Part shown: in pieces, positions 1-8,281 of the stretch
How the letters are laid out: each line of letters starts with the position of its first letter
Numbering within the stretch: the stretch's first letter is position 1
Made by a program: the position numbers and the translations under genes
Source of the DNA: an uncultured virus (IMG/VR IMGVR_UViG_3300037524_000956)
Taxonomy: Duplodnaviria > Heunggongvirae > Uroviricota > Caudoviricetes
DNA length: 20,000 nucleotides
Virus record (IMG/VR): IMGVR_UViG_3300037524_000956
Direction: 5' to 3' (one strand)
The notes under the pieces: generated by a model
The model's input: only the letters and a program-made list of their open reading frames with translations
What the model was told of the DNA's origin: nothing
The model's database searches: none

Positions 1-16
1 GCCATGATTTAAATCC

Positions 17-376
17 TCACACTTGATCGCAGACGCGAATCAGTAATTTATCAGGGGTGCAAGTAGGATTTACCCACACCATACCTTCGGGCCATTGCGC
101 GGAATACACCGTGAGAATGGCGGTCGTATAATTAAAAGCGGTCGAGAGTAATAACCCGAGTCGCAATTCCAACACCGAAGTCGTCTCATCCCAATCAAAC
201 GCTTCGGGATTCGTATCCGAATCAATCTCAATCTCAGGGACAGTATTGATCGTGAGTACCCACCTTGTAGGATCAACATCTGGATAAGCGGTATGAAAGT
301 CAACACCATCTTCATTCAGGATCAGCCGAATAGCATTATTTCGCCCAACATAGACGGTTTCTTTTAAACTACTCAT
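17..376 (-). CDS. Hypothetical virion-associated protein (119 aa, beta-rich)
   Basis: ATGA-coupled to the upstream repeat gene. Followed by GAGGA + ATG (pos 5) of a next gene that runs off the window. Lies in the tail-fibre region. Confidence 0.7.
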   Translation of the reverse strand: MSSLKETVYVGRNNAIRLILNEDGVDFHTAYPDVDPTRWVLTINTVPEIEIDSDTNPEAFDWDETTSVLELRLGLLLSTAFNYTTAILTVYSAQWPEGMVWVNPTCTPDKLLIRVCDQV

Positions 377-1611
377 GCGGCTCTCCGAAGAAGGTTGCGG
401 GGTGAGGCTTGCAAGACGGTCAAGCGTTTCGTCGCCGATTGCAGTCCTGACAAAGCGGTATCGGATTGCAGTCCTGGACGATCCACACCAAGAGGGAATT
501 CACCCATATACACGGCAGGTTTCCGAGCAAAGATCAGGATCGTGGCGCTTGGAACTGTCAGCGATGCGCCAGTCAATACTGCTGGAACCAGAGACGCCAC
601 GGCGACTGAGGCGGGGAACGGGAGAATCGTGGCCGTGTTGACCGTTGGAGCCGACGAAGCCACTTCAACCGAGGCCGCAGGGACTTGAACCACCGCAGCT
701 TGCCCGACATTTGGCGCTACTGCTGATACCGTAACGGCGGACGAAGGAATCGCTACCACTGCTGCGGTTGAAATCTGAGGAGCCGACGAAGCGACTTGAA
801 CCGTTGCTGCCGGAACATTTACGGCGGTTGCTACAGTAATCGTCGGAGCCGTACTCGCGACCGCGACTCCTGCCGCAGGCACACTGAGCGAGGTGCCCGT
901 ATTAATCGCCGGGGGCGCTATATCTAGATTGACGGCTACAGCGGGAACCGTCACCGTAACGCCTTGGCCCAACGAAGGCACAATCGCTGCAATAGTCACT
1001 GCGACTGGCAACAGCCCGACATTCGCAAATGGCGAACAGGTATGGTCTACGGTAAGCGAAGTTTCATCAGCGGTAACATCGGTTTCGTCCGCCGTGCGCC
1101 AGTAGCCATTCACGCAGGGACGAAGGGCGCTGACAGTGATTGCGGCGGCGGGAACTACTACTTCAGTAATTGATGTGGTTGTAATCAGCGGGGCAGCGGT
1201 ATCGATAGAGACTACCGCACTCGGAACAGCGAAACTAACCCCGGTCGCCAGCGAAGGAGGACTTCCTACTACTGCAACATTTGCTGCCTGAGAAACAAAA
1301 CTAACACCGGATTGAATTGTAGGGGTTAATCCAGCAATAACTACCGCAACCGATGGAACAATTATCGACGATCCTTGGCCTAACGATGGGGCAATGGCCG
1401 AAACAGTAATCGCGCCAATTGGAGAAACTACTGCGCTGCCTGTTTGAATCGTTGGAGTAGAAGCAGCAACAACAATTCCCGCTGTAGGAACAGTAACGCT
1501 TGCACCAGAACCTGTGCTCGTCGTTTCCTGCACCCAGCCAAAGGGCGTGACCCGCGAAAGCGTTCCGGTTTCTTCTAACCAGCCGGAGGGCGTAACGCGG
1601 TTGATCGCCAT
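373..1611 (-). CDS. Fibre/shaft-like virion protein with ~14 tandem 22-aa repeats (V-x-V-P-A-A-x-V-x-V-x-A-x-x-P-x-x-x-T-G)
   Basis: Repeats are readable in the translation (VTVPTAGIVVAASTPTIQTG, LSVPAAGVAVASTAPTITVA, VQVPAASVEVASSAPTVNTA). The DNA duplication GGAGCCGACGAAGC recurs at ~647 and ~779, 132 nt apart. Function is inferred from position and composition. Confidence 0.75.
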   Translation of the reverse strand: MAINRVTPSGWLEETGTLSRVTPFGWVQETTSTGSGASVTVPTAGIVVAASTPTIQTGSAVVSPIGAITVSAIAPSLGQGSSIIVPSVAVVIAGLTPTIQSGVSFVSQAANVAVVGSPPSLATGVSFAVPSAVVSIDTAAPLITTTSITEVVVPAAAITVSALRPCVNGYWRTADETDVTADETSLTVDHTCSPFANVGLLPVAVTIAAIVPSLGQGVTVTVPAVAVNLDIAPPAINTGTSLSVPAAGVAVASTAPTITVATAVNVPAATVQVASSAPQISTAAVVAIPSSAVTVSAVAPNVGQAAVVQVPAASVEVASSAPTVNTATILPFPASVAVASLVPAVLTGASLTVPSATILIFARKPAVYMGEFPLGVDRPGLQSDTALSGLQSATKRLTVLQASPRNLLRRAA

Positions 1612-1614
1612 CGA

Positions 1615-2952
1615 CTAACTCCGGCCTCGAATAGTCGGGTCTACGTGCACGGTGATCGACGGTTCGCCTACCACCACACGGGCGCGCAGGTGGCCAATTT
1701 CCGCCGGGGTAATCGCCGAGGTCGGGTTCAGTTTACCGAACCAGGAGGTCGCGTTTTCGCCGGTCCAACCACTCGCATCCAGCGCCCCGGTGGTCTGATC
1801 CGCCGCTGCGGCGAGCAGGGCTTTTCGATCAGAGACAATCGTGGCGAGCGGAAAGCCGGACGTACCCTGATAACTGAATTCACCCCACACTTCATCGTTC
1901 TGATACGCCGTAGCACTCCCTGAACGGACAATTTCCAGCGAGGGCGTAATCGCCGAAGTTCCGGAGTGATAGCAATCAATCCACGGACTCACATAAGGCG
2001 TGGTGTAACTGCAATTCGCCGTGGTGACGATTTTCCAGCTACAGCGATTCGTGCCGTCATAGCTCGCGCCATTATTCGCATAGATGCCGGTATCAATGAC
2101 GGTCGAGCCAAAGGCGTCGTGATATTGCAGGTTATAGTGCTCATCGCCTGCCGAGCAGTTGTACAGCCAAGCGTGCGCCGAGCTTTTATTAGCGGGCGTT
2201 TGTGATGCTAAAATAGCGACGCCAGAACCGAGTTTGCAATGAATAAACTGGAATTCTGTCGCTCGATTGGTTTGCGATGCGATCAGTGTTCCAGTAACCA
2301 CCGATAAATCACATCCCACACATTGAATCAAACATCCCGAACTTGAAGCTTTTAGCAAGACGCTTGGTGTGGAACCATCAGATGAAATAACGCAACCTAA
2401 AAAACTAGAATTTGAATGATTCGTTATTCCATGTCCGGTAGCGCCGAACCGAAATGTTGTATTGGAAAGATTAATATAATTATTGCTCGAAGAAGCCGAA
2501 CCTCCAATAATTATATTGCCGGTGCCAGTAGTACCCAGCCACAAATAACAATTTTCTAATTCAAGATGTGCTCCATCAGAAGAGCCGATGGTCATTGATG
2601 CAGAGCTTGATCCTGCTATTCTAAAAGTCAATCCCGATATAAAAACACGATACGCTCCATTAACATCAATAGTGCGAGTGGACGAGTCATGCCCAATCCA
2701 GTTATTAACCCCCATCGTCCCTAGCGTTTGTGGCGGCTCGTTGCTTTTATCATTACTGCAAATAACGTTGACGTTATTACCAAAGGTATACGTCGCAGCC
2801 GCCGACAACGTATCAGTGAACCCCTGATCGACGTAAATGGTATCGCCATCGCCGGTCGCTGCCGTGACGGCCCCGGCGAACGTGGTAAACGCTTTCGCCC
2901 AGGTCAACCCATCGGAGTTATCGCCATCACTGGCGACATAATACAGCGTCAT
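1615..2952 (-). CDS. Putative tailspike/receptor-binding protein, right-handed beta-helix (pectin-lyase-like)
   Basis: N-terminal YYVASDGDNSDGLTWAKAFTT...GDTIYV is the typical cap of parallel beta-helix proteins. It is followed by Asn/Cys/Ser-rich beta repeats (LELENCYL, INLSNTTF, FQFIHCKL, WLYNCS). Confidence 0.65.
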   Translation of the reverse strand: MTLYYVASDGDNSDGLTWAKAFTTFAGAVTAATGDGDTIYVDQGFTDTLSAAATYTFGNNVNVICSNDKSNEPPQTLGTMGVNNWIGHDSSTRTIDVNGAYRVFISGLTFRIAGSSSASMTIGSSDGAHLELENCYLWLGTTGTGNIIIGGSASSSNNYINLSNTTFRFGATGHGITNHSNSSFLGCVISSDGSTPSVLLKASSSGCLIQCVGCDLSVVTGTLIASQTNRATEFQFIHCKLGSGVAILASQTPANKSSAHAWLYNCSAGDEHYNLQYHDAFGSTVIDTGIYANNGASYDGTNRCSWKIVTTANCSYTTPYVSPWIDCYHSGTSAITPSLEIVRSGSATAYQNDEVWGEFSYQGTSGFPLATIVSDRKALLAAAADQTTGALDASGWTGENATSWFGKLNPTSAITPAEIGHLRARVVVGEPSITVHVDPTIRGRS

Positions 2953-3167
2953 GATTCCGCCCCAACTAACGCTTCAAATTCCTGATCCGCCAACTGCACG
3001 TCCATCTCCGCAATGCGATTCGTGATGATCGTATTGACATCCACGCCCACCGCAGCGAAGAACGAGATCATGTATTCCCGCCCGTCCTGATCGTACATGC
3101 GCAGCACCACATGCTTGCTGCCATTCGCCTGCACGGACTCTTCTTTCAAGTGTGAAGTAATGGGCAT
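2949..3167 (-). CDS. Hypothetical protein (72 aa, MPITSHLKEE...)
   Basis: Start reassigned to ATG 3167 with AGGAG RBS. The stop overlaps the next start (ATGA). Confidence 0.75.
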   Translation of the reverse strand: MPITSHLKEESVQANGSKHVVLRMYDQDGREYMISFFAAVGVDVNTIITNRIAEMDVQLADQEFEALVGAES

Positions 3168-3169
3168 GA

Positions 3170-3424
3170 CTATTCTCCTACAGCCGCTTGCAGGTCGTTG
3201 TGCGCGGTAATCCATTTGTTCATTTTCGTCTTGAGATTATTCCACTGCGTCACCGTCAAGCCGAAGGCGTTGCGAACCTGGGCATCGGTTAAATCACCCG
3301 CCTGAATTCTGGAGATCACGAACTTCGCCAGTTGCACGCAGCGCTCGCGTTCGGCGTTGCGATACGCTTCCCGAAAGCGGGAAACGAATTGCGCAGCGGT
3401 TTGATGCTTGAGCAGTAGAGCCAT
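3170..3424 (-). CDS. Hypothetical protein (84 aa, helical)
   Basis: AAGGTG RBS, ATG start, tight packing within the operon. Confidence 0.75.
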   Translation of the reverse strand: MALLLKHQTAAQFVSRFREAYRNAERERCVQLAKFVISRIQAGDLTDAQVRNAFGLTVTQWNNLKTKMNKWITAHNDLQAAVGE

Positions 3425-3425
3425 G

Positions 3426-3536
3426 TTATTTCACCTTCAAACTATTCACGGCAATCTCAATCGCCAGATTCAGCAACGCCGCACCTACCGAGACCGCAAT
3501 CTGTTGACAAGACTCAATACCAGACGGGACGGGCAT
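3426..3536 (-). pseudogene. 36-codon ORF (MPVPSGIESCQQIAVSVGAALLNLAIEIAVNSLKVK), apparent remnant paralogous to the C-terminus of the upstream gene
   Basis: Translated by hand (below the track cutoff). IAVSVGAALLNLAIEIAVNSLK aligns with VAEAIGRDLLSIAVKTAVLMMR of 3540-3785. Confidence 0.5.
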
Positions 3537-3539
3537 GGG

Positions 3540-3785
3540 TTACTTACCACTTCTCATCATCAAAACTGCCGTTTTGACCGCGATACTCAACAAATCACGA
3601 CCTATCGCTTCGGCAACATACGCAAACTCGCTCAGAACAATCTGCTTTTTATCCGTTCCAGATATATCAGCATCACTCAGTCTGATTACCGCAAGTTTTA
3701 TCCTTTCGTAATCCAGCGATCCGACTAGCATCTTGATGATCGTTTGCAGCGCTAACAACCAGATGTTACCGCTAAAGGTTTTCAT
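3540..3785 (-). CDS. Hypothetical protein (81 aa, amphipathic helices, possibly membrane-associated)
   Basis: Likely start MKTFSG at 3785, just after the upstream stop. Contains ISGTDKKQIV and a hydrophobic C-terminal helix. Confidence 0.65.
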   Translation of the reverse strand: MKTFSGNIWLLALQTIIKMLVGSLDYERIKLAVIRLSDADISGTDKKQIVLSEFAYVAEAIGRDLLSIAVKTAVLMMRSGK

Positions 3786-3786
3786 G

Positions 3787-3993
3787 TTATTCACTGGGCG
3801 TGGGATTGGCTGCGTTGAGCATCGCATAACCGAGTTGATTCAGTTCAGCCAGCGCTCCAATCAATTTCTTCTCAATGTCGAGAACGTAGGCATAAGGCAT
3901 GTCTTCCCACGTCACCACTGAAGAGGAAAAAGGCTTTTCGTTGTCAGTAATGACCAACGATACTTTTACATCTAACCGCTTATCAGGATTCAT
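3787..3993 (-). CDS. Hypothetical protein (68 aa)
   Basis: Strong GGAGG RBS 6 nt before the ATG. Predicted beta-hairpin plus helix. Confidence 0.75.
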   Translation of the reverse strand: MNPDKRLDVKVSLVITDNEKPFSSSVVTWEDMPYAYVLDIEKKLIGALAELNQLGYAMLNAANPTPSE

Positions 3994-4007
3994 ACCAGCC
4001 TCCGCAA

Positions 4008-4029
4008 AGCGAGCCGGTGAAGGCTCGCT
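4008..4029 (-). terminator. Intergenic stem-loop AGCGAGCC-N6-GGCTCGCT followed by short T run (weak terminator or mRNA stabiliser)
   Basis: Perfect 8-bp stem directly after the 4037 stop codon. Confidence 0.5.
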
Positions 4030-4036
4030 GCGCCTA

Positions 4037-4600
4037 TCACTTGTCGTTGAAACCTGCCGAAGTAGGATTGGTTAATTCCGACCCTGGAACGCTCGTTTCC
4101 GGCAAATCCAGCACCGGCCTGCTCGTCATTTCTTTCAACAGCTTCCGCATCACGCCGATATTGCTGATCGCCCGCTTGTAGTCATGCTCGGTCAACGACC
4201 CGGCCATACTTGCGGACTGCGACTGAGATAGTTCCACGGCGGTCAGCATCCAATACTGGGCCAGCAATTCCGTCTGCTCATTCAACGGAACATTCTCGCC
4301 GTTAATGTCCTCTACGAACATATCGTAGGGTTCGGCCAGATTGATGTTAAAGCCGGTCGGATGCGTCGCGGGTAGGTCGGGAATCGGCTTCGCATGAATC
4401 GCCTCAACGAGAGTAGTCATGTAGTCCAGATATGAATTCTGGCGGCCAATCGACCACTCGTGCATCCCGGAACCCAGAGCGGCATCGGCTTCTTGAGCGA
4501 CGGTCTTACCAAACTCGTAAGCCGACTTCGCCACGGCTCTCAGTTCGGCATTGCGATTGGGGTATTTTTTGAACAGATCAGCAAAATCAGCGTTCGCCAT
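4037..4600 (-). CDS. Hypothetical protein (187 aa) with two-fold internal repeat ending in P-x-x-DLP-x-T
   Basis: GGAG RBS. The ungapped 63-aa internal repeat is visible in the translation. Confidence 0.85.
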   Translation of the reverse strand: MANADFADLFKKYPNRNAELRAVAKSAYEFGKTVAQEADAALGSGMHEWSIGRQNSYLDYMTTLVEAIHAKPIPDLPATHPTGFNINLAEPYDMFVEDINGENVPLNEQTELLAQYWMLTAVELSQSQSASMAGSLTEHDYKRAISNIGVMRKLLKEMTSRPVLDLPETSVPGSELTNPTSAGFNDK

Positions 4601-4625
4601 TGTTACTACTCCAAAATATTAAAGA

Positions 4626-5006
4626 TCATTCACCATTCAGAAATGCAAACCGCGCCAGTAAGTCAATTCGCTGCTGCAAATCCTGACGCGCCCACTCGCC
4701 CAAGTTCGGGCAATATTCACTGATGCACTGGTTTGAGATACCAGCGACTTTCAAACCATTCGGAAGAGTCGCTACTAATACTGCAAATCCATCGACAACA
4801 TAGCCAGTAACGGGAGCCAAACCGCGAGACGAACCATCTGGCTTGGAGCCGAGCCAAATATCTCGATTATGTCCCTCCAGCGGAATCCATGTGGGAGCCA
4901 CAATAACCGGACAGGGTTCGGCGCTGTAATCCGGGCCAAACGCGGCATCGCCACAGGCGATAGACAGCGCTGGAGCAAACAACAAACCGAGAAAAAGCTT
5001 TTTCAT
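4626..5006 (-). CDS. Putative exported protein/lipoprotein (126 aa)
   Basis: GAGG RBS. MKKLFLGLLFAPALSIA-C is a signal peptide with a possible lipobox Cys. Three further Cys residues. Confidence 0.7.
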   Translation of the reverse strand: MKKLFLGLLFAPALSIACGDAAFGPDYSAEPCPVIVAPTWIPLEGHNRDIWLGSKPDGSSRGLAPVTGYVVDGFAVLVATLPNGLKVAGISNQCISEYCPNLGEWARQDLQQRIDLLARFAFLNGE

Positions 5007-5015
5007 TTTATTGCC

Positions 5016-5240
5016 TCAAAATAGTAAATCGGAATCCAGACAGCCCAACGAATCCAGAATCAACTCTTCGTTTCGTGTCTCACACAAAATATAGGTATAG
5101 AAACAAAATCCGGGATTGGGCCGCAGGAGAAACCCCGGCAATAATCGCGCTCGTTCCGTCATCGCATAGCGCAAAATCCAGTCAAAGTGCGCACAATACA
5201 AGCGACGCTGTTGAATGTGCAAAGCCGTAGAGCGCAACAC
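5016..5240 (-). CDS. Hypothetical protein (74 aa)
   Basis: Fills the gap exactly between the flanking genes. GTG start abuts the upstream stop. Confidence 0.5.
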   Translation of the reverse strand: MLRSTALHIQQRRLYCAHFDWILRYAMTERARLLPGFLLRPNPGFCFYTYILCETRNEELILDSLGCLDSDLLF

Positions 5241-5507
5241 TTAAAACATCCCCCGACACTGCATCCCGACCGACTCAACCATTGTAGCCACCGCCATCCT
5301 GCCGCAGAGTGGATCCGGGGTCTTGATGCTCATCGTTGGGTTGCAGTGAAGCAGTGCGCACCCGGATAATAGGTGGATCAAAAGACTGAGGATCGCCACC
5401 AGAAACAGAAAGTGAATGGCTTTCTTGCACAGATTCGCTGCGTCCCACCAAATTGATCTCGGATATATCGGTTTCACGAGTACGGGTCTCCGGCGAACGA
5501 ATTTCAT
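5241..5507 (-). CDS. Putative lipoprotein (spanin-like position), overlapping the holin 3' extension
   Basis: KKAIHFLFLVAILSLLIHLLSG-C: basic residues, a hydrophobic stretch and an LSGC lipobox. Directly downstream of lysin/holin. Start uncertain. Confidence 0.55.
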   Translation of the reverse strand: MKFVRRRPVLVKPIYPRSIWWDAANLCKKAIHFLFLVAILSLLIHLLSGCALLHCNPTMSIKTPDPLCGRMAVATMVESVGMQCRGMF

Positions 5508-5664
5508 CACGTACAAACACTCCAATCAGGCCCGCCAGCGCCATCCCGGCTAGCACAATCGCTTCAATCTGATCAGGTCGTAAAGCGACACCGGAAACAG
5601 TTAACAGCCAAACCAATCCACGCCATGTAGAAGCTTCCCGCAAGCGATTGATTATCCAGTTCAC
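5275..5664 (-). CDS. Holin (two N-terminal TM segments) with long hydrophilic C-terminal tail
   Basis: MNWIINRLREASTWRGLVWLLT...IVLAGMALAGLIGVF resembles common small phage holins. GTGA overlap with the endolysin stop. Confidence 0.75.
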   Translation of the reverse strand: MNWIINRLREASTWRGLVWLLTVSGVALRPDQIEAIVLAGMALAGLIGVFVRDEIRSPETRTRETDISEINLVGRSESVQESHSLSVSGGDPQSFDPPIIRVRTASLQPNDEHQDPGSTLRQDGGGYNG

Positions 5665-6236
5665 AATTTATATTCCCCTACCAAAAAAGCATCCTTTTTA
5701 ACTCTTTGAAGTACGTACATTAATTCCTGCCGAGACACTAGCGCCTTATTCCCATGCACATCCTTATCATAATAAGACCTTCCAGTCCTATACGGAAGCG
5801 AAGCCCACTCCATTGATAAAGAATCAGCAAAAGACTCATCCCCACCGTGCATCCTCCCAACCAGCCATTTATCTAAACCCCGCCGGCGAAGCAGCTGCAG
5901 CCCAAGCATGTCTTGTGTACTTGCATCAAATACATCACTCATTTTCCACCAAGAATCAACAAGACCCTGTAACGTGGAGTTAATAATTTGATAGCGGCCT
6001 ACAGCACTGTATCCAATTCTTGAATTATGTTTTTCTTTATACCGTCTAATTGCTTCATCTTGCCAGTCCAGTACCTCAGCAACTATTAAAGTTGTTAAAG
6101 GCTTTAACGGGGGGTATACTTTAAACGCTTGCCAAACCACCACATCATAACCAGACTCAACACCCTGTGCTTCAGCAGCACTTTCACTCTCATGCCTGGC
6201 GATAAGATCAAGAAGTGGCTTGACTCGATTAATCAT
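5661..6236 (-). CDS. Endolysin, lambda-R-like lysozyme/lytic transglycosylase fold
   Basis: Motifs LLDLIARHES (catalytic Glu), YDVV, SAVGRYQI, F...QD, LSMEWASLP. Confidence 0.9.
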   Translation of the reverse strand: MINRVKPLLDLIARHESESAAEAQGVESGYDVVVWQAFKVYPPLKPLTTLIVAEVLDWQDEAIRRYKEKHNSRIGYSAVGRYQIINSTLQGLVDSWWKMSDVFDASTQDMLGLQLLRRRGLDKWLVGRMHGGDESFADSLSMEWASLPYRTGRSYYDKDVHGNKALVSRQELMYVLQRVKKDAFLVGEYKL

Positions 6237-6868
6237 GCAACAGTCTCAACAACACGTAAAGTAGCTGTACCGCTTGCAAAACTAGTAATCTTTAACCGAG
6301 CCAATGGCCAAGGAATAGTTAATGCTAAAGAATCACTGGCAGTTTTTGCTGTTAATGTTCCATCAGCCTTAGCCAAAATGGCTGTTTCAGCTTCAGCATT
6401 ACTTGTCATATTACGAGTTCCATACTGAACTTCATACGTTAAGCTCGCACCGGTGGAAAGCACCACAGAAACACCCTTTAACGGGTATTCATCATTAAGC
6501 ATAATCCATGGAGTTTCTAACGCATTACTATTACCTACAGTTACATTTGACCCAACTGCACCACTCGCTGCAATTCGTGTAACAGTCTTAAAACATGCCG
6601 TTGTCGTAACAGTAGAATTATTAGGTCCAGTAATGGCTTCTGAAATAGAGTTACCAAAAGTCGTAGTGCCGTATATTGTAAAAGTTAATGCAGATAAATT
6701 TCCAGCGCTATATATTGTTACTTTCTGTTGCTCACCAAACGTAGCAACTCCGCAGGCGGCAAGCGCACCTGCGATAATCAAGTTGCCTGCTTCAGCTAAT
6801 TGCTGTGCAGCGCAAACCCCATCGGCATCTAAAGCTGTAGGTGCAGCAGTATATGAAACAGTTGACAT
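6233..6868 (-). CDS. Virion structural protein (211 aa, Ala/Thr/Gly-rich beta protein)
   Basis: GAGGA RBS. Composition and position after the adaptor genes. Confidence 0.7.
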   Translation of the reverse strand: MSTVSYTAAPTALDADGVCAAQQLAEAGNLIIAGALAACGVATFGEQQKVTIYSAGNLSALTFTIYGTTTFGNSISEAITGPNNSTVTTTACFKTVTRIAASGAVGSNVTVGNSNALETPWIMLNDEYPLKGVSVVLSTGASLTYEVQYGTRNMTSNAEAETAILAKADGTLTAKTASDSLALTIPWPLARLKITSFASGTATLRVVETVA

Positions 6869-6883
6869 TACATGTTCCTCTTA

Positions 6884-7627
6884 TCAAGCGGCTGATTGTT
6901 CACTATTTTCCTGCTTTACACCTAAGGAATCAAAAACAAACCCCCTCGGCAGCTCCATCAATCTCACCTGCCGGCGAAGGCTTGTACGCAAATTGTTTTG
7001 CGCCTCAGCTATCCCTTGATACCATACCGTACTATAAAGTTGTGCCTTGCCTTGATTAAACGTGTCAATATCTGTTTGCATGTTTAATCGGAACAAAGTA
7101 CCAATTACTAACAATTCATGGTACGCTTCTGGAATTTGTGGATCAACACCAACAGGAGGTATTCCTGTAGGGAGTGCTAAACTTAACGAAGTTACATATC
7201 CTTCTATATCCACTTCACAATCAGCATTTGGATATGGCACAAATCGAACTTTGTCAGGATACATATCAGTAACTACAAACTTCGGTGTTCCTGTCGCTGC
7301 ACGCCAGTTAGCAAATCGCTGAGAATTCTCTTTACTACTAAATGTAAAATACCCAAAGTCTAATTCACTAACAGTAATCGGGCGTAATTGGTTTCCGTTA
7401 AGTATAACAGTCTTTACCACAAACATATTACTTGGTATTTCCAACCAGAGATCACCAGCCTCTACGTCATCTACTGTTGAGACATCATAAAGAGCCAGCG
7501 TGCTTTTAGCAAATTCTGATTCCGCCAGCGAAGCTTGCGCTAAAATAGTTGCATCAGAAACTAAATACGGCGTAGCTATGTCATCAAAGCGGACACGAAC
7601 GGCTGCAATTAATTCTGCCGCAGTCAT
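6884..7627 (-). CDS. Putative head-tail adaptor/tail tubular protein (paralogue 2)
   Basis: MTAAELI...R...D...PYLVSD, GTPKFV, FVPYP, PQIPEAYHELLV follow the pattern of podoviral adaptor-type proteins. Confidence 0.65.
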   Translation of the reverse strand: MTAAELIAAVRVRFDDIATPYLVSDATILAQASLAESEFAKSTLALYDVSTVDDVEAGDLWLEIPSNMFVVKTVILNGNQLRPITVSELDFGYFTFSSKENSQRFANWRAATGTPKFVVTDMYPDKVRFVPYPNADCEVDIEGYVTSLSLALPTGIPPVGVDPQIPEAYHELLVIGTLFRLNMQTDIDTFNQGKAQLYSTVWYQGIAEAQNNLRTSLRRQVRLMELPRGFVFDSLGVKQENSEQSAA

Positions 7628-8271
7628 AACATCGCCCTCGCACTACCCTTTGATTCTAAATACTCGTAGTTAAACGCCCTACGCATGGGCACTAAATTAA
7701 CTGTAAGATTAGCTTGCATCCGTTGTGTTTTCTTATTATCCGGCCATTCCAGCGAGGCAACCTTTAAAGCTTCCCAAACAACCAGCGAGTGAAACTTCTC
7801 ATCCCAAATCGGCTCATCGCCTAAACTATCAAAGCCCGCTGGCTTGTACCACACATCACCCCAAATCTGCCACGCTTCCGTAGGGTCAGGTTCTATCCGA
7901 TAATTACCATTTGGTAAAGATATGAAATAGCGTGGAGTACCTTGCATTTGCAAATTAACTTGTTCCTCTGCAACCCAGTTATCGTATTCCCAAAAGTACA
8001 TAGGAAATCTTGCCGATTCCCCTACTTTGTTACAATATACCGAGTCTTTAGAAATTTCTTTAACATTATAAACTTCATACTCAGCCTTCCCGGCTACCGT
8101 GGTTAATATCAAACCCCGGCTGTGGAAAAACTTCCATTGATCATACTCTATTTGAATACGCAAATACGCATCAGAAAGCCATTCGAAAATGGTTTGGGTA
8201 GAAACCATATAAGGCTCTACCTCATCGCCCATTGCAAGTCTTAACTTTGCAACCATTTCCGAAGCGGTCAT
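7624..8271 (-). CDS. Putative head-tail adaptor/tail tubular protein (paralogue 1)
   Basis: MTASEMV...R...D...PYMVST, TTVAGKAEY, GTPRYF, IEPDP, EPIWDEKFHSLVV. Confidence 0.65.
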   Translation of the reverse strand: MTASEMVAKLRLAMGDEVEPYMVSTQTIFEWLSDAYLRIQIEYDQWKFFHSRGLILTTVAGKAEYEVYNVKEISKDSVYCNKVGESARFPMYFWEYDNWVAEEQVNLQMQGTPRYFISLPNGNYRIEPDPTEAWQIWGDVWYKPAGFDSLGDEPIWDEKFHSLVVWEALKVASLEWPDNKKTQRMQANLTVNLVPMRRAFNYEYLESKGSARAML

Positions 8272-8281
8272 TGCAACACCT

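Noticed and set aside
373..2952. Diversity-generating retroelement target in the fibre genes
   Set aside because: No adenine-variant TR/VR pair or reverse transcriptase is seen in the window.
3500..3540. GAGTCTTGTCAAC resembling an IS200/IS605 right end, or TTGACA as a promoter
   Set aside because: No subterminal hairpin or transposase, and no -10 box at a proper spacing.
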